A stretch of 64,000 nucleotides of DNA from Acanthaster planci. Its lineage: Eukaryota. The stretch lies in NCBI RefSeq assembly GCF_001949145.1, contig NW_019091355.1:1328135-1392134 (forward strand), read 5' to 3'. Below the pieces are notes generated by a model. That model ran no database searches and had not been told where the DNA came from. It saw only the letters and a program-made list of their open reading frames with translations. Each line of letters opens with the position of its first letter. Position 1 is the stretch's first letter. Positions 24,002-36,200 of this stretch are shown in pieces. A program made the position numbers and the translations under genes.

Positions 24002-24911
24002 ACAATTTTAAGAGCAATACCTGATCGTTTGCCGCACTATGGAAGGATGTTTTGGAGCATTTGAGTTGGGTTACGAGTAGAAGTTCGTAAAGCCCAGAAA
24101 CGTCCAAGAGATTCCTATGAGCAAGCGGACAGTTTCTATCCACTCACTGAGTTCGACCAACACATGGCATCTGCCGAACGAACTCAACTGGACAACGCCC
24201 TATTGTGTGGCTTGACGGGCGTCATGACTCTCTCACCTGTGCTCATTATTCTTAGCCTAATATGATCAAAATGGTCGACACCCTCGTCGTGTTTCGCGAA
24301 GGCACCCTTGACCCCTGGCATCTGGACCTTTTTCTCTTGTGAGGAACATATGGCCAACATGGATAAATGGCCAAGGCTGCATTACGTAACTCTCTCAAAA
24401 TTTCAGACTGGAGCACAGGTACAGCCGTACATATCGACCAAGGTGAGTATACTTAAGTAAGACAACACAGCAAGTGGGTTTCAGCATGGTGCCTGCTGGT
24501 TATTTGACTAAACTGTATACATGTGTGAATAATCAAAGATTATCAGAAAAATACTCTTAATTTGTGCTTTTAAATTTTACAGTTATGCTAGAGCGAGTCG
24601 GCAGTGCCTCCTTTCAAAATAAAGGAGTCATTTAAACAGAAAAAAAATGGACCAGAGACGCTCATCTAAAAGTTGGACGTTAATTTCAGAAAAATAAAAT
24701 CTGAATGGATGTTTTTCATTTAACCACTAGATAGAATCAGATAGTGAATCAGAATATGCGTTGAAGAGGAAATTATACGCCATGAATGCTGTAGTTGCAA
24801 ACTACGGCAAGACAGTGTCCACACACACCGAGAGAAAAATACAGAATAATATCATTCGAGGCGAGATCTGAAATTATTGTCCCGGTGCAAGACAATAATT
24901 TCGGCCTATAG

Positions 24912-25244
24912 TCAGGATTGCATGTGGGTATTGAGAGTGCTGGTTCTTTTCAAGCCCCGAAAGGAACTGGAATGGCTAGCCTGGTTCCGGGAGCGCCTCA
25001 GAACTGGCAAGCACCGCAGGACTTTCCTGAAGCCGTCCCGGAACTTGCTGTTCATCCAGCAGTAGATGAAGGGATTATAGACGCAGTTGCTCATGGCTAC
25101 GGCTATGACGACTACGTAAATGACCCGGATGTATGGGTAGCACAGCACGACGCTCTTGTGGATGTCTTGCACGATGTTGAAGGTGTGAATAGGAAGGTAG
25201 CAGACTGCAAAGAGGAACACTATCACAGCAAACATCTTGACTAA
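24912..25244 (-). CDS. LQR: Luqin/RYamide-type neuropeptide GPCR, coding exon 2 (TM6, TM7, C-tail)
   Basis: Acceptor ttcctgtctcacag| (phase 0). Encodes LVKMFAVIVFLFAVCYLP...AMSNCVYNPFIYCWMNSKFRDGF (CxLP, NPxxY, helix 8). Stop at 24912-24914. Confidence 0.93.
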   Translation of the reverse strand, partial: LVKMFAVIVFLFAVCYLPIHTFNIVQDIHKSVVLCYPYIRVIYVVVIAVAMSNCVYNPFIYCWMNSKFRDGFRKVLRCLPVLRRSRNQASHSSSFRGLKRTSTLNTHMQS

Positions 25245-28200
25245 CTGTGAGACAGGAATAAAATCAAGAAATGCTATTAGAACTTTTGGATTTGATAGGC
25301 ACGCGGGAAAAAACGTGCTGCAAAACTATGCAGTCCACGCACAACGTAATCCAATACTCCTCACAAAGGTGTCAAAGGTGAAGCCATAACGGACACTTGT
25401 GCTACTCTTTACTAATGCAAGGGGCACCAGGTGCATCGTGGTTTTACCATTTCTTTCATATGCACGCTTGTACAGCGCCCTCCACTGCCTGGATAGCTAG
25501 AACAGCAGCAGAGACTTTTCGTAGGTTGGGCAACCCTTAAACTTGGGCATAAGATCACTCACTTAGGCCAGGTACCTTATGGCAGGGATAAGAGCCCACC
25601 GTGTGCTCGGGATCACAGTCCGCAGAATAAGTAACCAGTTTTCAAGTATCAATTTATAATCTGGTGTCACTTCAATAAAGCATTGGAAGTTGCCGCCAAA
25701 GGGCACACATTTTGATTTCACCGAGTGGCTGGGACCTTGCACGCGGTCCCTTGGTGGGGTGATGCGACACGACAATCCGTAACTACAGCTACTCGAGCGC
25801 TATTTGCTATCTCTCCCAACCAATTTGCACCGACACCCAAATTGATGCGTTTCTAAAAACATCCGACGGCGATCACTCACTCCCTCTCGCCGCAGAGGCC
25901 CAGCGCGCCACAGGCTGGAAAACTAGGTAACCGTTTCCAGCCTGGATCGGTAGAGAGAAATCTTGTTGACGAGTTGAAAAATTGATTTTACTTTGGTTTC
26001 TCGGGAGCTGAAACACATTTTCATATAGTTTTATATTATTTGAACTTGTGAGAAATTTATCTTTCTCTGAAGGGTTTTCCTAGTACACTATGTACACATT
26101 ACTTGTAACTTATTAATATATTTTTATGTTTTTATAGTTAGTGCATTGTCGGTTTAGTAGATAAGTCATATTTTGTCGTTGTTTGTTGTTGCTATTGATG
26201 TTTTTGCAGTTGTTTGAAGATGTTGGATCTTAAGCTTGCTTGTCTTCTCACGGTTGGTGGCGGACTCCAAGCGTTCACATCTCAGCCTCACAATAAACAA
26301 TGACAAGTTTAATTGCAATTAGGTATATAATGATCTATTCAGAATGTCCATGACTCAATTAGCAAAGAGTCAGTCAGTAAGATAATTTATGCCCCAGCTC
26401 TTTTAACATCCTTTTGAACAAGTTTTGATAAGTGACTACTTTCGGCCAAGCATAAATTCATCAAAGCACTACAGGTGGATTTTTGTAGCTTTCAAAAGAT
26501 TAAAAATGCATAGGCCCTACTGCTTAACAGACGTTATAAACGTCTTTGCATAATTCGAGATAATTCAGATTCGTTGACTAAGACAGCACTTTCACTTCTC
26601 CTGTTCGTAAGTGTTTTTAACTGACTTGCATTGGTTGCTTCCCATTTAGTAGTAAAATCTTCCATACGTGAAAGCAACTATCCACGGCAATAATTTATTT
26701 TTACGTAACCGATTTCAAGCTGTTATTTGGTTTTATTTCGTTTTCATAGAGTGACATTCTTTATAATCTTCGAATGTCTAAAAAGTTGATCTAATCTGAA
26801 AAGAAAACAAAAAGAATTTTAAATTCTGCGCAGGCAATGTCCCCCATCTCCACGTCAACACAAACACGGGTGTGTGTTGTGGCTAAGTGACACGTCAACA
26901 CTCGAATTGAAAGATGCAAACAGTGCAACCCGGACCACTAGAGATACGAGACAAACACACTTGAGCGATCTGAGGTTGGCGCCCCGTGTACACGAGATGG
27001 TCTATCACTCCGCGGAAGCAACTAAGCTCAGACCTCAGCGAGCTGAATATTAAACAAAATGGGAGATTTGTTTCGTAACAAATCTCCGCCTCTGGAAGAG
27101 TGCATACTACATATTGATTACTATGGTAGGCGTCTACGCACCCAACCGAATAACAATTTCACGTGCAGTGTTTTAATAAGAACGGATAGCGTGTTCTTCG
27201 TCCGGAGTTTTTTCTTCCTGTTTACCTCGAATACCTTTGATGCGTAGAAGGAACTCTCGACCTTAGGCCTACCAGCAAGCACAGTGTGAGGACAGATCAG
27301 GTTATGGCAGAGACATTCGCTGTAATCACACTTCAAGACTCGTTGTTGACCATTTTTAGTCACAGGGGGATTTGAGCAATGTTGTGACGTACTTGACTAA
27401 AATTTCAGATGGAAGTAGGTATGCGTTGTTGGCTTTTGCTTTTCGAATGCATTTAAATTCAAACTAACCTGAATAGAAACATCTGTCTGTAAAATCTTTG
27501 AAATACAGCAAACATTTTTGATAGGAACAGAAAGGACATCCAGCATCAGAAAGATGTTACTTGAGAAAGTTAACACTTAATTTTTCATTTCACGGAATTA
27601 GCCTTTTATATAGTTGATGAAACAACAACATCAGACAAATAAGTCTTTAATAATTTGAATAGAGGCAGGTTATATATATAGCTCGCCTGATCATACGGAA
27701 CTGTGAATGAGCCCTCTCGAATGTAAAAAGGAAGCCGGTAAGTGCTATTACAGGCAAATGATTTCCGAATGATTTCGGAACAACATTGGTAAAAGCATTT
27801 TTGATAAATGTTCCATCTGTTGCTATGCTAGAGGGAGAGACACATTTCCTCCTGAACATTTCCCAGGCAGCCTCGGATGAAAGCAGCCGAGGCTGTGTTA
27901 CAAATGACCATAACTGTCCCACGGAAAGTATTCTTTGATTAATAACCCGTATATTTTTTCCTGGTTTTTCATCAGCGGAAAACCGTAACATATTTCGCCA
28001 CAATGCTCGATGGACGTTAAATTTGCCTAGTTACAAGTGCTTTTTAATATCACAAAATGAGCTCTAAATCTTGTTTCATTGTGGACCATGTTAACCTTCT
28101 ATTCAGTTAGAAGCGATGCCAATTCCCTTATACTATCACGACATTTCTTTTTATTGCCAACAAGTTGAGATTTATGTGCGGAAGGACAGTGTACCTTCTA

Positions 28201-28489
28201 GTACAAAAGAAATATGGCCAAAGGCAAATTCTGTATAGCGAAGAAGATTTTATGGTTTCCCCGACGTCGATTGGTATGGGATGGGTGCTTAAACACATGT
28301 AGGGGGGGGTAATCCAGTGTATCCTGTCATGAATGGTTGCCTAGGCCCTGAGTATATGTTTCACCTGGCCTACTTTACCGGTCTATATGGACAGTCAAGG
28401 TACTCAAATCCGTCTGACCATTCTGGAGAGACGGCGCCATATTATATAAATAGCCAAATGTTAAAGGAGCAAATGTGAGATTCACTTAC

Positions 28490-29221
28490 CCTTATCTTGG
28501 ATTCAGTCATTCTCCTGTCTCTGTTTGCTTCCACCTCTCCGGGAGTCTTTCGAGCCCAGATACGTATTCCAATTCGAGTGTACGCCATGGCTAATACCCC
28601 CAGAGGGAGGAAGTAGGTTAAGACCATTGTGGCAAAGCTGTAATTGCCCCGGTCCTTCCAATCCTCCTCCGAACAGTAGGTTACACCATCCTCCACGTAG
28701 ATTAGAGAGTAGATGACCGTGGGTAAGCCCAGTGCACAGGAACTGATCCAAATGAGCGCTATGACCAGGAGAGTTCCCGTGTTACCGAGCCTGGGTCGAA
28801 GCGGATGGATGATGGCCATGTACCGCTCCATGCTGATGGCGACCAGGGTGAAGATGCTGACGGACACCGACACGCTTTGGAAGAAGGACACGGCTTTGCA
28901 CATGACCAGGCCAAAGGGCCAGGTCATGTAGAGGGTGGTGTAGAAGGTGAAATTGACGCACATGACGGCCATGAGCTGGTCGCTCACGGCTAGGTTCACC
29001 ACAAAGTAATTGGTGACAGTGCGCATCCGGCGGTGGCCCAGGACAATGTAGCACACGATGGCATTGCCCCCGATGCCCAGGACCGTGATCAGGCCGAAAA
29101 TGACGCCGAAGAGAACTTGCAGCCAAGTTGGTTCACTGTACATAGGACCACTGTACAGATCCATGCACCGGTGGTAGTATTCCTCACTTCCATTCTCGTA
29201 TGATTGGTTGGATTCATTCAT
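28490..29221 (-). CDS. LQR: Luqin/RYamide-type (tachykinin-receptor-related) neuropeptide GPCR, coding exon 1 (N-terminus, TM1-TM5)
   Basis: ATG at 29221; N-glycosylation sequons NES/NQS/NGS; GNAIVC, RMRTVTNYFVVNLAVSD, WPFG..C and ERY motifs. ICL3 RKTPGE...RDRRM..SK is characteristic of RYamide/luqin receptors. Donor AGG|GTAAGT. Spliced product 354 aa. GPCR status is certain; the subfamily call is from memory of motifs. Confidence 0.93.
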
Positions 29222-30174
29222 TTCAGCTGATGTTTTCAATTTGTTTCGAGTCTTTGTCCTTAAACGGTCCTCAAACTTGGGGACCTCTCACTGATGTCCG
29301 ACATAAAGCATCGGTCTAATCAAACCCAGTCAGCGCGCGGCCAGTGCACCGGCTTTCTCCTTGATGAAAAGTCTGACACTTGGCAAGCTTTGATATAAAT
29401 GTGACACGGACGAACAAAAGCAACTTTGCCTCCGTGCGTACTCGGAAAACTTGGCCAATCAAACTGATTTGAAAGCCGAATCGTCACGGCGCACAGCAAC
29501 GAATAGAAACACAGTAGCAGTAAAGTCGTTGCCTATTCTCATAATTAATCAGGTCAGGTCCTCGGTCACTTATGAACGAGGACTGTTATCCCATCTAGAC
29601 TCAGAAGTTAAGTTCGATCTGCAAAACAAATTGGTACGAAAAAGAGTGACCTTGCTGAAAAATCTTTGAAATAAAGTAATATCAATACTAACATTAAAAC
29701 AATGAACACATTCAATAAAATGTACGTGTACCGCAGTAAAAAAGGTACTCGCTGACGTGTTTTAATAAAAAACGGTTTCTGCAATTTTTGGGCCGGAAAC
29801 TGGTTGAAATTTCACACTGGACAGCATTAGAGTAGTTTGACATTTGACGTAGGATTATAAACAACCAGTACACAAACTAGAACACTGCCTGTGGAAAACT
29901 GCCAAAAACCTCAAAATTTGTGACAAAAATTACGTATAAAGAACGGATATTTTCTCTAGAACATATAACAAACTCATCCGGAAAAGGGAAATACTGCAAT
30001 AACCAATTATTAAGGTGATTTAAGGTCAATAAAACGGCAAAACGGCCAGAGAAGCAGGTCGATATCTAGCAGTCATTGGGGCGTCTAGTTCCTCGAAAAT
30101 ACCCACCGGATATTGTACGCAAACCAACATCAGAACACATATAGACTGCTTCCAGTCCGTCGGAAATCGTTACA

Positions 30175-30246
30175 AAACTAATTGTTCTATCCGACTGAGT
30201 TGCCTGCCAACTTTCTCATCGTTTCATCAGAGCCTACAATTAATCT
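30175..30246 (-). ncRNA. Type I hammerhead-ribozyme-like motif lacking helix II
   Basis: Minus strand reads AGAUUAAUUGU-A-GGCU-CUGAUGA-AACGAUGA-GAAA-GUUG-GCAGG-CAAC-UC-AGUC-GGAUAGA-ACAAUUAGUUU. The conserved core, helix III and a two-part helix I are present; helix II is unpaired. Confidence 0.35.
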
Positions 30247-33200
30247 CGCATAACGAGTGCGTCTAGATAGCAGTCGAGTTGTGTGACATCAAAGGCCTAT
30301 CCAAAACACTGCAAATGATGGTCAACAAGGAATCTGCCCGTGTGCTGTACGCAGCACTTTTTATATTTCAACAGACTTCTTTCATGTAGCTCACCACGAG
30401 CGATATTGGATGATTTATCCAACTTAAACCAACCCATCAAAGGACTTCCTGCCATCAACATCATCCAAACTATATCTTCTATTTCTGTCGTACGGCAGAT
30501 TCATAATCCGGCCGAAGCTCACAAACAGCTGCTGTACCATTGGAAATGGTGAAGAACAACCAGCGTCGAATATTTAATCGCTGAGGTGAATTGAGTTCTG
30601 GTTTTAATGAGTACAAACCAACTGTACTCTGCAATGCAAGCTGCGAATTGAGCAATATTCTAATTGAATAGAGCCGTGGAATTACCACAACTGAAAAGAA
30701 CACCTCAATCTGTGACTCAAAAGATAGACTTTTTTCTTTGTAATCGTCGTCAAGGGGACAATTGAGGGTGCAAATCATAAAAAGATTTTGAGTCCCAATT
30801 GATAATTTTTCTTCTATCCAAACCCTTTCTGTTAAACCCAAAAGATATGGCAATTACAACAGCGTCGATTTCAAAATGTACACCTCTAAGGAAAAGAAAT
30901 TTGAAAGAATGGAACGAGAAAAACCAACATAAATGTCAGATATCTCATTTTTGGAGTGCAGTTTTAACACAAAGTAATGTGGGTTTGGAAAGGTGCAATT
31001 TATCATCTACTGACGGGCCTACTAAACCAAGCCTCAAATTTGAAACTTGACAGCAGCTGTACTTTGCCATATTGAGCCATTAGGGTAATTACCCCACCAA
31101 TAATACCACAAAATAGAGGTGTTCGGTTTATCGGAAAGTAGTTTGCAACAAATTAGGTCGGCTAATCGACGTTTAAAGTGTCAAATTGCCTTTAATGCGA
31201 AAAACTATATCACAGTTTGCAATACACACTGGTGACCTGAACTATTTTTGTCTTGTTTAATAAAGACGCAAAGTGAGACTAGGTGCCGGGCGAATCTGTA
31301 TGACAATTTTAACAGTTACCAGAGACGAAAATACGTGTCTCAATGAAATGATCACAGTGAAAATATTTATTGCTATTGATCCGTTAGAAAATAAAAGGAA
31401 GTCACTGTGACGAATAGGCCTAAGACCTGCCCTTGCTGGCTGGTAGGAATAGTAAAAATCAACTACACTTTTTCCCCGTTTCAATTTGTCTTAATGTGTC
31501 ATATTCCGTTGCCGCTTAGTTTACTGGATTTAATTTCATGGGGGGAAAAGTTTAGATAGCGTGGTTGCGCAGCAAACAAAGAATTCTAATAAAGAATGAC
31601 AAGTCAACGTTGTGTCGGTAATGTACAGGCATATCGCTGTGGTGTCATTATGAGTTGAATATTTCTAATTTGCGGAAATTCGGAGATATGCCGATCTAAT
31701 TAACGTTCAAAAGGCATGACGTTCCCTGTGAGAAAGTCAAATTAACAAAACCACGAAAAACTACATCGAAAGCATTTTGTTTATAAGAGGAAAACTTCTC
31801 AAGGCAGAATGGACACCAACTGAATACAAATGGTTGTAAACTTATCAAATCATAACTCGCTTATAATAAAGAAATGGTGCTCTTGCGTATGAAGGAATAT
31901 ACATAGGAGAACCAGACCGAAAGCAAGGAGCACGCACATTAGTTTCCGACCTCTAATCTTTAGAAGAAAAGTTCTGAATTTGGGCACAAACACATCCATC
32001 ACAGTTTACGTTCATCCTACAGTGAGAACAAAAACCATAAATTCTGACAGTTCGATCGCCCCGAGATGTAACGCAATACGATGCCGAGCAAATATCAGTT
32101 GTCGCTACCTCAATTAACTCGCAATCGGAGTTGGGCAAATACCGATTATGGTGGCTGACCACGAAAGGAGTGGTCTGACTAAAAGCGCAACTCCTAACGA
32201 GGCGATGCTTTGGCCACGCACTGCAAGCAGACTGTGCCCGAGGTGTTTGTCTGGAAAACTGTCCAAACACCTCGATGCGCAATTACGATAGCACGTTCAC
32301 TGCCCTAACGAGTTTGATCAGATCTCCGTCGTCGGCAAAAGCAGCGATTTGTCTAGACCTAGCGAACCCAACTGGCGCATGAATTCAACTGAGAAGAAAA
32401 CTCAGCCGGAAATAACAAAAGGAGCACGATTCAGGCATTGTGGAATTCAGGACGATGTTGAATTCACACAATCGATAGTTTCAATTTCCATCTGACCCCC
32501 AAAACGAGAGAACGATTTGTATTTAAACGATTGAATAGATGTTTTTTTCAGCTCCAGTAGAAAAAAAAATTCGAATTTTTAGTGGGCAATGCGTAAATTA
32601 AACATTATTTGTTTGTGGACGCGAGGTCTTTAAAGCGCATACGAAAAATACAAAAAATTAGTTTCATAAAAAAAATTAGATAAACTACTTAATTAATGTA
32701 GACATCTCCAACGAAGACACCCGTTCTTCTTTTGAATTTACTATCATTACATTAAATGGGCACGCGTTTTTGGTTAAGTATTTTGATAGCTCAAGTCACG
32801 TGAGGGGCGAGCACTGCACTCTCGTCCCCAGGGTAACTTTTAACCTCATTCTTTGTCAAGCCGCATGGTGGCCATTATGTAATGCTAATGACGCACATCC
32901 CCGGCTTGCTCATGGTAACTGCTGGCCCTCGTCGGTTCGATACAAGTCTAGTCGCGGTATCACAGTCAATATCGACCCCTTTTGAAATATATCCTGCTTT
33001 ACTTTCCTGGGAAGATAACATTGGAACACATACCTGCGCTTTGGAAATGAAGTGGAAGAAGCATACAATAAGATATACAACAGATCCACCCAATATTACC
33101 GTTTCGCATTAAGCGCGGGGGCGCATATTGGTTATGGTTCGTATTGTGCATTGTCAAATGAAGTAGGGAGACTGAGCCTAGTAGTCGTATTTCCAGTAAA

Positions 33201-36200
33201 ACCTTTAGCTTTACTTGTGAAAAGATGCTTTATGCTTTGTTCTTTGTTGCTCGGTTAGAAGCTTAAGACCAGGTCTACGTCAGTCACATTTGTTAGTATC
33301 TGCTGAATAATCACCTCATTGTGTTGACTGTCGACAACTTTCAGGTAAGCACAAATTACTACCTGACCCTATAAGCCCAGGTCTAGGCCTACACTGAATG
33401 CTGTTACTAAAGCACAGCATTGTACTAGTTTAACACCAGAAAGTTGGCAATGTCGGTGTAACTAATCCTGGTCCCCCTTTTCCGAAAGAAATTTTCCCCC
33501 GGGTGAGTAATTTGTCCACAAGTGTCAACAATCTGGCCAATCTGTGTGTTGTACTGACAAAAAAAAGGTCCAGTGCAGACACGGCTCAAGGGCAAACATC
33601 AGTTATCACTGACGCTAAGCAAAAAAAATTTGACGCACTTGACCACGCATTTTTAGAGTTTGACAGCGAATACAAAACCTGGACAATGGATGGACAAACC
33701 ATGCACCTTTGGGCTACATGAAGAACGGTATTCCCCATCCCTGAGTGTGATTTGAGGGGACCGACGGCTATTGCTCCGTACGATCATTTTCTCGCATGCA
33801 TACTTCGTCACGGAAATTATACTTAAAGAACCCACCAAACGCTGCGCAGTTTCCCTGTATGGTTGATCATCTGATGGATCTGTGTATATAAATCTTCAGT
33901 GCTCTCGCCTTTTTTTGCTGCATCCTTAATAAGTCGCTTCGAAGCGTCAAACATCGGCGAGACCAGGATACAGTTGTAGTGTTACTATATATAGCTACCC
34001 AACGAGTGAGGTTACCGAGCTTACAGATTAGCTCCTTGAAAAAAGACTCAAGCAGCCAGTGCACAATCATTTCAGATTGCAGCTGCTTCCTTGTAAGGAT
34101 GTATTCTTATATTTACTGTCACGACGATCAATGATGGTTGGTATCCTGCTTACTCAAAGAACTGCCACATATTATGTAGATCTCACAGAGAGAATTGACG
34201 GCGGTGACGGAAGGTGCACAAAAAAACAGCCAATTTTTCTTGTCTCGCAGATGCGCTCTGGGGCTTCCACCGCGATAGTATTGCCGTCATTCGAGAGGAA
34301 CTACGAGATAATTTGTTAAATGTCCTTGAAAGATTGATTGCTGCGGATGATTGGCTTCGGCAAAAGGTTCGCTGGTGTCACCACAATGTCCCACAGTATT
34401 CACAGTGTACATGAAGGAGCCGGCTACCGGCGTTTCCGGCCAAGTCGTTGACGTAAGCAGAGGCTGATCTTCCATCGTGGGTGTATTGAAATAAGATCTT
34501 CCTGTGAGCGTTATCAAAGACGTGTGAAAAACAGACAACGACAAACTTCCCCAAAACTATTGAAAGCAAAGGTACCAGGGACTTTTCACATCATACCGAC
34601 TGGCGGGCAGTCTCTTCCCCGATTTGAGATACCCTGCCTTAAATCTGAAATTCGGCCTACACTGAGAATGTGTTGTGATGAAAAAAACCCAAACAACAAA
34701 TACCGTGAACTTGTTAAATCATCCTGAATTTTTTTTCTTCTGTAAGAAGCAGCGGATTCAATCAGCAAGCATTTATGCTAAAGATAATGAACACTTCTAT
34801 AGAAACGTCTTCAGACATTCAAACCGAAGTATTTGTCCATGGCCATCTTTGCGCACTGCTCCAATGTGTAAAGTGTTCGGTCTTGCTTGGAACACCTACA
34901 GCTATATCATTTGCATTACCACACCAATAAGTAGCAAACAACACGTGACGAAAAGAGAATTTCAACGACTGACTCAAAGTGGTTCTAAGAACCACATAAA
35001 TATATAAAACAAAACAATATTATAATATCGTCTATATGAGCAATTGAGAGCTTTGGTGTCCCACTGGGAAAAAAACAGGCTTTCAAAACCGGTTTTTGGT
35101 GTCCAAATTCACTAATGATTAATACCATTCTTCGGATACCTGAAGTGCTGTAGTTCGAGCCAGACAGCATTCAAAGTAGCTTTTCTCTCTCTGAAAACAC
35201 AGCCAAACCGTCTACAAAGGGCCTCCACTGATAAGTCGCTGTGTTTAGCAGTGAGTGGCCCTCTCGCAAAATGTCGGCTGAAATTATACCAGGACTCCAC
35301 TATGCCCCATTAGATAGTTAAAGCACACGTTGGTTGCGTCTAAGATCCGCTGAGTGGAAATCAGAGTCAAACCACTGAATCAAATCACAAGCAATCACGG
35401 CCCTTTTGTCACATTACAGTGTCTCTATTCTACCTCGGGCTCATCTGATTCTGTGAGAGTGGTTTAACATATGGCTGTGTTTTTTTTTACCTCTGTATTG
35501 GCGAAAACAAGGTTATAGCACAGTAACAAGCCCCACAATCGTCGCGTTTCATAATGTGCTTGCTTCTAGTGACACTGAACCCAGAACAGGTACAGTTGTT
35601 GAAGTTGATCATGGTTTTCCTCGGCAAAGTTGAGATAAATCACTCCTTACCTTTTGACAGGATCGCGGCGAAGTCAACGAATCAAAGGATTCTGACTACG
35701 CATGCTATCATGGCTTAAAGTGTAAGTTCAGCATGGCCTTCGTAACGAGTTTCAACTATTGTGTGTGAGGCAGGGCTCACCTGAGTCCATTTCTAAATTT
35801 TAAGATACATTTTTTTTCACAGCTTTGTTTGCTTAGCGTCTTCAAAATACTAGGTAAACCCTTATATCCATGCAACACTTTCTTATCTTTCATTAAATAC
35901 CCTAAGGCGACAGACCTAGTACAATACACTTCAAGTTAGAACGGTTATTATCCACGATGCAACGTCTCTCCTTGTCAGAGTAACTTTTCTAACCTGAATA
36001 AATCCATTTTTTGCCAAGACGGTGGATAGGATCCGCGATCAAATTTCAGTCCATGTTTGTCGTCCTCTCGTATTTCTGACTTGTTCGAAAAAGTTCAAAG
36101 TCTACCTCGAGGAGAATAATTGTCTCGTAAGACCCGGACGGTGGATTGTCTCCGATATTTTGGCCGTCCGTCTTTGACGAATTCGAGCTTGCCGATATTT

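Noticed and set aside
25560..25805. Possible decayed tRNA-SINE head on the minus strand in the GPCR intron
   Set aside because: A and B boxes are too degenerate to call.
33604..33660. Peptide ITDAKQKKFDALDHAFL resembling the LINE reverse-transcriptase 'D..KAFD..H' motif
   Set aside because: Isolated match with no flanking RT motifs in any frame I could read.
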